Source of the DNA: Callorhinchus milii
Lineage: Eukaryota
DNA length: 64,000 nt
Direction of reading: 5' to 3'
NCBI RefSeq assembly: GCF_018977255.1
Contig: NW_024704742.1
Location: 50,470,001-50,534,000, forward strand
This document shows positions 13,710 through 25,317 of the stretch, one piece after another (the first letter of the stretch is position 1; each line of letters starts with the position of its first letter). Under the pieces are notes generated by a model, which saw only the letters and a list, made by a program, of their open reading frames with translations, did not search any database and had not been told where the DNA came from. A program made the position numbers and the translations under genes.

Positions 13710-13792
13710 AATCACAACTACAGCTGCTTGCATGATGGACCTGCGGAGGTACCCCTTAGATGAACAGAACTGCACGCTGGAAATCGAGAGCT
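13710..13792 (+). CDS. gabrb1: GABA-A receptor beta subunit, exon 5 (83 bp; Cys-loop: [27 protein letters not shown])
   Basis: ctttttcag| acceptor and |gtaagt donor; translation matches the GABRB Cys-loop exon and has the canonical 83-bp length. Confidence 0.95.
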
Positions 13793-13849
13793 GTAAGTTT
13801 TCCAGTCATTTCACAGTTACACTGAGAGGCAGTGTTCAAGAGAGGTTAG

Positions 13850-14100
13850 AAAAATGTTTTTTTACACATAATGTTATTGAGACAAGGAATAGCTCACCAA
13901 AAAATGATGCTTGAAACAGAATCCATAATAGATTTTGCAGGGAAAGAGACAAATATTTGAAAAATTATATATAGTAATAGAGTGTGGAGAAAGGATGGGA
14001 GAAAGGAGTGGGACTAATTGGCTAGTGTTTACAGAGAGCTGGCACAGGAATAATGGCCAAATAGACCGCTTTTGTGCAGTAATATGTTATGATTCTATGA
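13850..14100 (+). mobile_element. Degraded CR1 3' fragment
   Basis: ttttacacataatgtt..ggaatagctc..ggagtgggactaattgg..tatgattctatga tail. Confidence 0.6.
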
Positions 14101-14636
14101 GGTTAGCTTGATGTGTATCGTGGGTGAATCATTTCTGTGCAAGTTTAACTTTACCCACAAATGGTCATTTGGAAATAGTTTTGGCGAGTGTTTATTGGGT
14201 TGCCACATGTTAATGCTCAATGGACCAGAAACACATTGCTCTAGGAGACCTGAGTTTGAATTCTTCCTATAGATGGCATTTACTTAGGCCCACACTATAA
14301 GGTACTTTAAATCACACTCAGGTTACCAGCACAGGTCCCACTCAGATCACCCATTGGAAATGATGGAATGTGAAGGTATTCCACCTCAGGCTCTTACTGA
14401 TGTAGCACAGAGTTGCAAGACACATTGTCTCCCACAATATGAAGAATAACATTTTAACACAATTCTTTGGGCTTATTCCCAACCCCACCACACACACACA
14501 CATACTTTCTCCCTATCCTCTCTTTATTAATACTCTCTGGAATTAGGTAAGCAGGGTGCATCCCTCTGGGAATAGAGGGTGTATTTTCTGAAATGAAAAG
14601 CAGGGATGCACCCTACTTATCTAATTCCAGAGACTA

Positions 14637-15014
14637 TTAATAACAATAATACTTGCATTTAATATACCACCTTATCAGACTTCTTTTAGACTTCTCAAAG
14701 TGCATCACAGAATATACTGTAAAGTGAATTTATTGTATATTTTGTGGGCGAAACGTGGCAGCCAATTGCACACAGCAATGTCCCACAAGCAGTCGTGGAT
14801 TGAATGACCAAATTATTATTTTTTTTAAAAGGGATTATTATCCCCAGAAAAGCGATCCGCCAATTTGCAAGCAACCAGGTTCCTTAGCTACTGCTAGTTA
14901 CACAGAGGTGTGTGGATTAAGGAAACTTGCCCCACATATCGCTCTGCCTGGAAATCTAATCCAGGTCCTCTTGCTTGCCAGGCAAGTGCTCTAACCATGA
15001 AGCTACAGAACTCC
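14637..15014 (-). mobile_element. tRNA-derived SINE, long subfamily
   Basis: Full head-to-tail copy with an extra ~55-bp internal segment. Confidence 0.85.
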
Positions 15015-15239
15015 ATTAGACTAAGGTCGGGAAGAGCCACGGCTTGGGGACCCCAATGTGTGTGTTTGAAAATGTTGAACCAGCTAAAACTGCATAGCTT
15101 GCTATTGAAATGACTGTCTGGCAAGCTTTCAACTGATTGTCCAGCTATGACCACCCTGCCCATGACGGCTTTTACTTGCAGGGTTAATAGGAGCTGATTA
15201 GAAAGAATTTCTGCACCCAGTGACCAGTCTTTCCCTCCA

Positions 15240-15525
15240 AGCTTGACTGGCTCTGGCCTCTTGCATGTCCCTCATGCCCTCCGTTCCACCATTGATGGCT
15301 GCGCTTTTCGCCACTGCGCCCCGAAACTCTGGAACACTCTTCCTCTATCCCTGTGCCTTGCCCCTTCCTTCCCCATCTTCAGGTCTTGCCTGAAGACCTT
15401 CCTCATTGACCGTGCCTACGGTCACCACCATCTCTCCCCGTTTCGTCATCGTGCTCCACCACTGTCAAGTGCTCTGGGATGCTAACCTTCATGAGGAGCA
15501 ATATATAAATACAAGTTGTTGTTGA
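15240..15525 (+). mobile_element. L2 3' fragment
   Basis: GSGLLHVP..STIDGCAFRHCAPKLWNTLPLSL..LKTFL C-terminus plus tail. Confidence 0.85.
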
Positions 15526-16159
15526 TGAGCCTAGCTGAATAGTCTGTCATCTACAATGCCCTAGAGTACTATGGAACCACATGGCTCAGAAACTGGACTA
15601 CCAAGTCCACTATAAAGGATTGACTGGATTCCAACATTACCAGTCACGTTATCCTGGAGTTAGTTCATCTTCCCCCAAGCATGGGGAAAGTAACCCTGGA
15701 ATACAACAATAACAATTTACATTTTATACTGTGACTGGGAGCCCTTGATGGGGTGGGGGGGCACCGGGGAAAGGAGAGGAAAGATTGGTCAAAGTAAGAA
15801 CAAAGTGATAGGTGTTATAGTGGATTTGAAAGCAGAAAGAGAGAGGGCAAGGTGGAGGGATCCTGGAACAGAGTTCCAGAGTGTGGGGGCAGAGTGCCCG
15901 AAGGCTCAGCTACCAATAGCAAGTGTATGAATCAGGCCAGTGTTTGTTAAGCAGAACAAGCAGTCATGGCAGTGGAGTTTCAGGAGATCATAGAGGTTTA
16001 AATGTGAGGACAGATATCTTGAATTCAATCCACTGGGGGGAATGGGGTGCCAGTGTAGCTGAACGCGTATACAGTGCCTACATCAGATAATATTTACCAC
16101 TTGTTACCCAAATATTATTAATAATCCTGGCGTTTGGTATATAGAGTCGGGGGTCATCC

Positions 16160-16520
16160 CAAAGTGCTTCACAAGATTTATTGTGATTGACTTTATTTGT
16201 GGGCGAACACAGCAATCAATTTGTGCACAGCAATGTCCCACAAGCAACCATGAAGTGAATGGCCAATTGTATTTGAGGGATTCTTGGTCAGGACACAGGC
16301 AGAAACTCCATTCTCTTTTCGAGTAGTGCCATGGGATCTTTAATGTCCACCTTAACAGGCAGACGGGACTTTGGTTTAACATTTCATCCGAAAGACAGCA
16401 CCTCCGACAATGCTACACACCATTAGCACTACATTGGAGCGTCAGTTTAGACAAAGTGATTCCAAGCTTGAACCCAAATTTTTCTGACTCAGAGGTGAGA
16501 ATGCTACCACTGAGCCAGAC
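16160..16520 (-). mobile_element. Older DeuSINE (SacSINE1-like) copy
   Basis: Reverse complement of the 11482 family (gtgccatgggatctttaatgtccac, ttctgactcagagg). Confidence 0.75.
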
Positions 16521-17404
16521 GGACAGTTTTACCCAAACTTCCTGCTCTATCCTTTGTAATTCATCAGGCTGTTCCTTTACAATTCCCCAATTTATAACCA
16601 GCACCTTATTTCTCCTCTGCTGCCGAGTCACTCGTCTGCTGCACATTTTCAGCACTTTTGTTTCCATAATATTTTTACATGATTTAGTTCTGAATGAAAC
16701 AGTTTTAATTAAAATAATCCTTATCAAAGTCCAGCTGGGATTTCAAACAGTACAAGAATAATAGTGTTTTATTCTGAAAACTGGTTGAAATTATTACCTT
16801 TAGTGCCGTAAATATAGATCCATATAATATCTGCTGGTTAACACTACAATATGATTATTCCAGTGGAGCAAAAAGGTAATTGGGTCAGCATCACATATCA
16901 TTATAATTATTCCCCTAAACTGCATTATGGGACCTGATAAATACTTTTGAAGTAAAATTTTACATTCATAATGCTTTTTGGAATTCACATTTTAATTTAG
17001 AATTTCCTTTGCAATTTTCTTTCAATTCAATTACATGTCTGTGAATAATGAGTGATGAATTAGTAAAGGAATCTCCCATTATCTGATACAGTGATCATGG
17101 CATTGATTTGAACAATGATGCATCATTGCTGAACAAAGATGTGATGAGCCTATGATACCTGACAGCATAATTTATCAGTACTGAAAGTGAGAGGAAAAGT
17201 TTAATTAGTGCAGCAAGATTTCTACAGCCTAATAGATTGGAAATGTTATGGATTATGTATGTCACTACAACAGTCTGTGAAGAAGGAATCCAACAGCAGA
17301 GGTACAGTGGACTGAAAGCTTTCAATTTCCTTCTCCGCTCTGATATTTTATAACCCATTGGAGGCACGATATTATTGACTCTCAGGTCACACAGCTCTAA
17401 ATCA

Positions 17405-17605
17405 AATAATAAAAATAATAATCCTTGCATTTGATATAGCGCCTTATCATGTCATTGAGACGTCTCCGGGATCCATTACTGTGAAGCGTTCTGAGATGCT
17501 GTCCGGTGTGTAAGGCGCTATATAAATCCAAGTTGTTATTGTTGTCTCAAAGCGCTTCACAAAATGTATAGTAAAGTGAATTGACTGTATATTTTGTGGG
17601 TGAAA
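17405..17605 (-). mobile_element. SINE 3' fragment with a nested opposite-strand L2 tail (17467-17543)
   Basis: Insert flanked by a gtctc duplication (17462-17466, 17544-17548). Confidence 0.8.
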
Positions 17606-17699
17606 CCAATGCACTGGGTGAAACCCCCTCCCTCACCAAAAACAATTGAATGGGCTTTTTCATTTATTTCATCTATTTGAAAACGTTTTAATACCACAC

Positions 17700-18050
17700 C
17701 TCAATCCAAGTGTTTTGCAGGATTTACTGTACTGTGTATTATTGGTGTATTACTGGTGAATATGGCTACCAATTTAAATACAGCCATATCCCACAAACCG
17801 CTATGAAATGATTGATCAATTTATCTGAGGGATTTTTGGCCAGGGCACAGGGAGAAACTCACTTTACATTTCGAAAATTGCCATGGGATCTTTAATGTGC
17901 ACCTAAACAGACAGGTAACACGTCTTCAATGAACAACACCTCTGACAATGAAGCACTTCCCAGCATTGCACTATTGTCAGCCTTGACTCCAGATATGGAG
18001 CTTGAACCCACAATGTTTTGACCTAGAGGCCAGAACTGAGCCAGGATAGC
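17700..18050 (-). mobile_element. Older DeuSINE (SacSINE1-like) copy
   Basis: cccacaaac..gccatgggatctttaatgtgcacctaaacagacag..cttgaacccaca. Confidence 0.7.
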
Positions 18051-19756
18051 ACTTAAGGCCTTTGTAAATCAAATGGCCACTGCAGTTCTTAACCTTAAGA
18101 TTTTCCTGTTGTAACATCCATTCTTCCAGCAACTAACTATGCTTGTGTTTTGAGCTACCAAAACAAGTTTGTGATGGCACTGTGATAATGGTGATAAAAT
18201 CGTCTACCTACTGTGAATCAGAAGGCCAAAATGACAGTCATGACAATGTTAGCGAGTAATTAGATCAATAACATGTTAAATCTGTCTTCACACAGTTTTT
18301 TCAGCCTGTGTCAAATCACTGACGCATTAAGGACTTTAATTAGGATTCTTTCAGATCTTGGCTTCCTGGCTTTATTCGTATTTGAATAAACATCTGCAGG
18401 CAACACGTTAGGAGTTCAGACAGTGAGTTAAACCCTGTCCCTAATTTCTATGGATTCTCTACTTTTATCTAAAGGAGAGTGTCATTTTTTTTACTTGTTT
18501 TAAAAAAGGTGCCTCAATAAAAAAAATTAAGTGAAGGAAAATGAATTTACAATTTACTTTGAAGGAACAGGGTGGAGAATTGAATTATCTTGTAACTGCA
18601 CTAAATTGTAGTTGAATGCATTTCTAAAACTATGCAGTAACTCCAATAATGAGGTGACAACTGTTGACTTTTTGTTTTGATCAGCTGGCTGTGTGAAACA
18701 TGCAGAAACCCATCACTATGCTTCAGAGTATGCAAATCAAGATTTCCACATATCCCAGCTACACATGGAAATCCCAGAGATAGATTGTTGGATGGAATGC
18801 GCACTCTCTCCCTGGAAGGATGCATCCTGCTTACCTAATTCTGGAAAGCATTAGGCGCAGGTTGGCAAGAGCCAAAGCTTGTGGATGCCAGAGTGTCTGT
18901 TGGGGTAACTGCTGGAGTCTAACCAGCTAAAGTCGCATTGCTTGCCATTGACATTGCTGTCCGGCAAGCTTTCAAGGTAGTTAACATGGGCTGCACTCCA
19001 ATTAGGGATGTTTGAAGTTCCAGCCCTAAGTGTTAATTGGGCATCAGCAACCGGTTAATGAAGCAGCACCAATATTCAGCCGGGTGCTAAAGAGAGGGGG
19101 GAGAATCTGGAGAAGACGACTATAAAAAGCAATAGCTCCCTTACCAAAATAAAGCTTTTTTTTGTTGCTAAAACCCTTGGTGCTAGTTTGTTTTCTGGGT
19201 GCAACCCCTACCCTTCAACACCAATCAACTCTTATTCCAAAAGGCAAAATACTCTTATTTTTCTTGAAACAAGTACTGACATCATAATGCTGCCAGTGAG
19301 ACCTCAACCTTTGAGAAATTGATTCCCCTGAACATACAGAAATAGTTTCCATAAAAGTTTGTTATCTTTCAGTATTTTGAAAGAAAATCTTGTCTTATTT
19401 TGCAGTTGAATTCACTTTGTAGTCTCTTCTCTATTTATTATCTGCAAAACTGTTCAATCAGTCCTACAGGCAATAATTTATTACACAGCTTATCACTTGC
19501 ATGTGAAAGTTCCTTGTGGCAATGTTGCTTTATTGTTTTACGAACAGAAGAACTGTGAGTATTGTGAATAATGTTCATTTAACAACAACAACGATATTAC
19601 ATTTGTAATGCGCCTTTCATGTCAAGTGGATAATTTCAAATACATTTATTTTCATACCATTTCATGTCAAAATCTACTTATTACTATAGAATTCTTAATC
19701 CATCTTCCCCCATCATTTTTGTGTAATGTTTCCCATTTTATATTATGAGCTGCAGT

Positions 19757-22300
19757 ATTGCAGAGGTAGTGGGGAACAAGGCCATGGAGGGCTTTGAAAG
19801 TGAGGACCAGGATCTTGAACTGTATCCTGAGTGTGGTGGGAAGCCAGTGGAGTCGGGCGAGGATAGGGGTGATAGTGTTGGGAAGCTTAAAAATAAGAGG
19901 GTCAAACAAGACTCCAAGGATCTGGACTGTCTTAGTAAGGTAGAGGAAACTCAGCTGTGGAAACTTGGCTCTCATCCAGGACTTGATGTCTGTCAGACAT
20001 TCTGTCAGGACAGCATGGTTCTGGAGTCGAGGGTGGAGGCAGAGAGTAGAGTTGGGTGTCATCCGCATACATGTGGAAGTTGACCCCATGTCTGTGGATG
20101 ATGTCACCAAGAGGGAGCATATAGATATTGAAGAGGAGGGGACCAAGGACAGAGCCCTGAGGAACGCCACACGAGACGGTGCAGGAGCGAGAGGAGAAAA
20201 CGTTTGTGGAGATGAAGTGGAGACGGTGTGAGAGCTAGGATCTGATCCATTCAAGGACAGAACCATGGTGGTTGAGGTGAGAGGAGAGGAGGAGGTTAGA
20301 TTGGTCAACGCTATTGAATGCAGGAGAGGTCAAGAAGGATGAGGAGGCAGAGGAAGCCCTGGTCGCAGATGGACAGAATGTCATTTGTAACTTTGACCAG
20401 GACTGTTTCTGTGCTGTGGGCAGCACAGAAACCCGATTGGAGGGGTTCGTAAAGGGATTGGTGGGAGAGGAAGGAGCGAAGCTGGGAAGCAACGACTCGT
20501 TTCGGGACATTGGACACGAAAGGAAGGTTGGAGATGGGATAATAATTTGAGAGCAGGGATGAGTTCAGGGAGGATTTTTTTAAGGATAGGAGTTAGGATG
20601 GCCGTTTTTAAAAGGGTAGAAACAGTACGAGTGGACAGAAAAAGGTTTATGATGCCTGTGAGTAGGGGGGCAAGGAAGTGGAGCTGAGAGGTAAGGAGGG
20701 GTAGGGATGGGGTCAAGGGTGCAGGTGGTTGGTTTCATGTGGGTTATAGTAGTGGTGAAAGAGGAGGGGGAGACATGTTTGAAGTTGTGGAGGGAGGGAT
20801 GGGTAGGGGCCAGGGTGTGAGGGAGAGATGTGGAGCGGTTAATAATCGGAAGGGCAGAGGTAGCTGAGTGGATCCCCTCAACTTTAGTTTCGAGGAATTC
20901 CAGCATCGCCTCGCAGTTGGCTTTGGAGGAGAGGATGTTGGAAGCGTGAGTGGGTGGGCGGGGGAGCCGGATGGTGATGGAGAAAAGGAGCCTGGGGTTG
21001 TCCTTGGCTTCGAAGATTGTCTTGGAGCAGAAGGACGATTTAGCGAAGGCGATGGCGGAGCGATAAGTTTTGACAAGGTCCAGCCAGATCTGCCAATGCA
21101 CTGTTAAGTTACATTTGAGCCAGGTGCATTTGGTGGTGCACATCTGTGCCTTGAGGGAGCGGAGGTGGCTGATGTACCAGGGTGACTTCAGTGAGTAGGA
21201 GGCGTTTCGGGAAGTGAGGGGAGCAAGGACATCGAGACTGGTGGAGAGGGAGTTGTGGAGGAGAGTGACCGAGGAGGCTAGGTCATTGTGGGAGGAAGCC
21301 CAGAAGGGGAGGAGTTCAGATGACTCCAAGGCAGCGGAAAGGGAAAGGGGGAGATTTTTTTCCAGGGGCGGTAGGAGATGGAGGTGGTTTAGGTGGTGGT
21401 GGGAAGAGTGTTTGAGGAGTTAAGGGAGGTGAAGTAATGATTCGAGATCGCTTTGTTGGTGATGGTGAGGTCCAAGACGCTGAGGTTATAATATAATAAT
21501 AATAATAATAATAATAATCCTTGCATTTGATATAGCGCTTTTCACGTCAGGAGGACATCCCAAAGCGCTTCACAGAACACACTGTAAAGTGAATTGACTG
21601 TATATTTGTGGGCGAACGCGGCAGCCAATTGCGCACAGCAATGTCCCACAAACAGTCGTAGATTGAAAATGACCAATTTAATTATTGTTTTTTTTTTTGG
21701 AGGGATTATTATTAGGCTCTGTGTGGAGTAAGGAAACTTGCCCAAGGTTTCGCCCTCTGCCTGGAATTGAACTCAGGTCTCTCACTTGCAAAGCGAGTGC
21801 TCTAACCACTGAGCTACAGGACTCCACAAAGGTTCCGAGTAATCACCAGGTCAAGCAGTTGGCCATGGACGTGGGTGGCAGAGTGGATGTGGAGGAGAGG
21901 TTCTGAGAGGAGAAGTCCTCAGAGATAGAGCAGTGCAGGTTGAAGTCGCCTAGGATGAGGAGGCTTTCAGAGCAGAGGGAGAGGGAAGATAGGAGTGTGG
22001 AGATGTCCAAGAGGAAGGTGGGGAAGTGTTTGGGGGGATGATAAACAAGGAGGATTTTGAGGGAAAGGTTAGAGGGGTGATAAAGAGTAAGGTGCTCAAA
22101 GGAGGGGAAGGCTCCAGAGGAGTAAGGGGATAGGCCGAGCGGGGATCAGGAGAGGAAAGCCACACCGCCACCACAGGTGGTGTGGCCTCTGTTAGGGGGA
22201 AGGTGTCACCTGGGGCCCAGGTTTCTGTGAGGGCAAGAATGTCGATGTTTGGATGGTGAACGTTTTGCAGGAAAGGGAGCAGACATTTTGTAGGCCAATG
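19757..22300 (-). mobile_element. Decayed L2 LINE ORF2 (endonuclease through RT), interrupted by a SINE
   Basis: IDILALTETW (endonuclease), linker ORF 20580-21329, [30 protein letters not shown]. Confidence 0.92.
21488..21829 (-). mobile_element. tRNA-Ala-like SINE, short subfamily, intact, inserted in L2 with 5-bp TSD aggtt
   Basis: Head GTGGAGTCCTGTAGCTCAGTGGTTAGAGCACTCGCTTTGCAAGTGAG; (ATT)n tail; aggtt at 21483-21487 and 21830-21834. Confidence 0.93.
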
Positions 22301-23884
22301 CGGAGAGTGATGGTGGTGATGGTAATCCCAAAAAGTACAGCTGGCACCAATGCCCACAACTGTAAAACAGATTAAAACTATGCACATTCCACATCTGCAT
22401 TCCACTGGACTGGATAAACTAAACACATTGAATCTCTGTTCTCATTTGCAAACCAACAATTAACCCTCTGCAAAAGCAATTCCCCTGTTTGTAGAACAAA
22501 ATTCTGGGAGAGAATTGTTGAAAGAGTTAATGTCCTTTAAAACATTTTGTTGCACTGGTTCAAATCCACTGATATTCTGGGAGATGCACCCCTTTTCTCT
22601 CGCATTAACAAGCAAGTGGGAAATAACATAACCAATCACAGAGGGACGTATGAGAAGCCCTCTGACAGAGTAATCTTTAACACTTTCCCAGCCTGACAGG
22701 CGCTATACCAAAGGTAAGGATTGTTATTTACTTTATGGCTGTTTGTAGGATACTGTTGTGTGCAAATTGACTGCTACTTTTGCCTACAAAATACAGTCAC
22801 TCATATTACAGTAAATCCTGCAAAGCACTATGAGACGTGAAAAGCAACTATTATTATTGTTCTACATATCTAAATGCCATAAATTTTGGATTGGGCTTAC
22901 TGCAAGTTCACTTGTAATGCTGACAGTGATAGTATATTACACACCATGGCAACATGTGGAAGTGAGCAACTTAGCCTCTGCAAGAGCAAGAAACTCATTT
23001 GATTTTTTTAAAATGTGTTTACTAAGAGATCTTAAAATAAAGTATTCCAGTGGAATAAACATTATGTGTGATCAGTATAGATATTCTTTAATACAAAAGC
23101 AATTATCTTTAGCTTCTGTAGGTAATAAATATTGACATTGTAATATTTTTAAATGATCCACTAACAGAATGGAGTAGGAGTGTTTTAGCACAATAATGTC
23201 CAATAAAAAAAATTGCAAAATTCCCATATCCCTTGTACATTAAACTATCAGCTGAAATTTTTCATTTTTGAAAGTACACAACTTTTTCACAAATGTAAGG
23301 AGTGACTAAGGGTATGTTTCAGTGGTACTGCAGTCCAGTAGCTCAGCTGTGGAACTTATTCTCTCAGTTACTCCTAATATATCAGAGAACACATATGGGA
23401 GCAATAGCTATCTAACTGAATTAACTCAGACAAGTTATCTTGATGAAGTTTGGTCTAATTGATATTGGACAATCAGTTGTCAATGACCTTTAGAGATAAG
23501 TAAAATTATAACTGTATTATTGGTGTTTTACTATGAAAGGCTCAAATCTACACAATGGATCTATGGTGCATATTAAACATGTTCAAACACGAGGGATTGA
23601 TTTAAAATGAAAAGGATTATGAATTACCTGTAACTAATTACGGGTGGATAATTTGTTCCACTCTGAGATGCCAGCTGACATGAAGCATGCCATATAAATG
23701 CAAGTGGTGCTGTAAATTACATATTTAAAGGCTCCTTTATGCATTGAACATGTTTATTAACTAGAGAGTCCAGCAAGGAGGGGCGTATACCCTTGACGTG
23801 ACAGTCTTGGATATGAGTTTCAGCAGTACTAAAAACCATTAGAAAATTTTACAACACTTATCTCACTAGGATTATTCTACTCAT

Positions 23885-25317
23885 TAGGACTTTAGTTCAT
23901 AAGGTTGAGGACATGTCTAATAGAAAAGTGTGGGTGCACGTGTTCTGCATTTTCCGCCTCAACGGTCCTCGTCTGCTACAAGCCTGCTACAAACATCCCC
24001 TCGGGTACCAGCTTTTACACGCAGTGCGCAAACTAATAGCAACTAAGAGGCACAGGCCTTTTGCGCTGTTTGCTTGACGCCGCTACTATGGCTGGAGCGT
24101 CTCCGATAGCGCATTCGCTGCGCTGTGAATTTGAGGATTGCGGAAGCAGATTGTGCAGGAAATCAACTTCGCTTGTGAGTAAACGTCGATAGGAAAAGCA
24201 GCTGCTTCACACTACTGTACTGCGATGAATACTTGGTAAGTGCTGTACTATTCAAATTAAAATATTTAGTATTTTAAACATAACTACATTTTCAGCAAAT
24301 ATATACCTATAGTTTTAATCAGGGTTGTTTCACTTTTTAGGTTGTACAATACAAAAATGACCAAACGTTTTTGTAAATCCTGTAAGGAAGCCAAGGGACA
24401 ACACTTCTCAATTTCCGTCTGTCCCTCAGATAGAATTGTATTCTATCCAGATGGCCTTTACGAAGACAGGAGCAGTTGTTTTGCCGTGTTTGCTGTCATA
24501 CAATTGACCATGTTAGCAAGTGCACCCTTGATGAGCACATGAAATCTCAGCAACAATGTGAACGCAAAGTAGCGGCAATAAAGAAAAAAATGAAGGTAAA
24601 ATACTTTTGATGTATATAATATTAAATGAAATTGTATCATTATTTGTTTTCACTTTAATTTAGAAAGAAAATCTTAATTTGTATGATTACAATAGTTAAT
24701 CTCCTTCCTTTTTGATTCAATTTTAAAAGCACGTAAAGCAACCACAGCAAACAAAAACAAATGGAAAGAACATTTCTAACGACAAATGCATCATGAAGAT
24801 CAATTGTTATATTTTTCTTTCTAGGCAGATCTGGACCTCAAAGACAACTTGCTCTAGTGACCTGCTTCTCTAGAGCCACTGCATCATCTATGGAGAGGAA
24901 AGAATTCATATTGGACTTTGTGCAGTGTTTGACTCGAGCAGACATATTGCTTGAAAAAGCTCCTGCCTTCCATGAGTTTGTATGCAAGACACAAAACAGG
25001 GAGGGACTATTCCAACACCATCAAGCTTCGTAATACATATTTGAAGGAACTTATTCATGAGCATGAAGCATTTTTGAAGAAACATGTTGAGGACACGGAA
25101 GTTTTTTTTTCCAATAATCTATGATGTGTTATTTCATCATGTTTAGTTTTTAAAAATGAGAAAAGAAAAAATATATAGGTTAGAAGAAAAATGTGTCTCT
25201 GAATAGCACCAACTGGCCCTCCGGAATTTCCCGCAAAATACGCAAAGTGCTCCACAATTTTTGCAAATATTTTCGTACTTTTCTATTTTCGTACTTGTCC
25301 CAGGTTATGACTCCCTA
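23885..25317 (+). mobile_element. Internally deleted hAT-type DNA transposon with CGGBP1-like coding remnant
   Basis: Imperfect terminal inverted similarity (left tcataaggttgaggacatgtctaatagaaaagt vs right reverse complement tagggagtcataacctgggacaagtacgaaaatagaaaagt), CpG-rich 5' part, CGGBP-like exons; left boundary approximate. Confidence 0.75.
24357..25125 (+). pseudogene. Frameshifted CGGBP1-like (zf-BED + Hermes-type DNA-binding domain) transposase N-terminus, two coding exons (24341-24595, 24825-~25125)
   Basis: Reconstructed SVCPSDRIVFYPDGLYEDxEQLFCRVCCHTIDHVSKCTLDEHMKSQQ and RQLALVTCFSRATASSMERKEFILDFVQCLTRADILLEKA..KQGGTIP..LRNTYL align with recalled CGGBP1 motifs; GT-AG introns. 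Confidence 0.82.

Noticed and set aside
21750..21827. SINE heads as real tRNA-Ala genes
   Set aside because: They run directly into the SINE body and tail in every copy; no clean acceptor stem or terminator
23860..23900. 8-bp hAT TSD around the CGGBP-like element
   Set aside because: No flank matches acagtcga at the right end; the left terminus is degraded, so a TSD is not claimed
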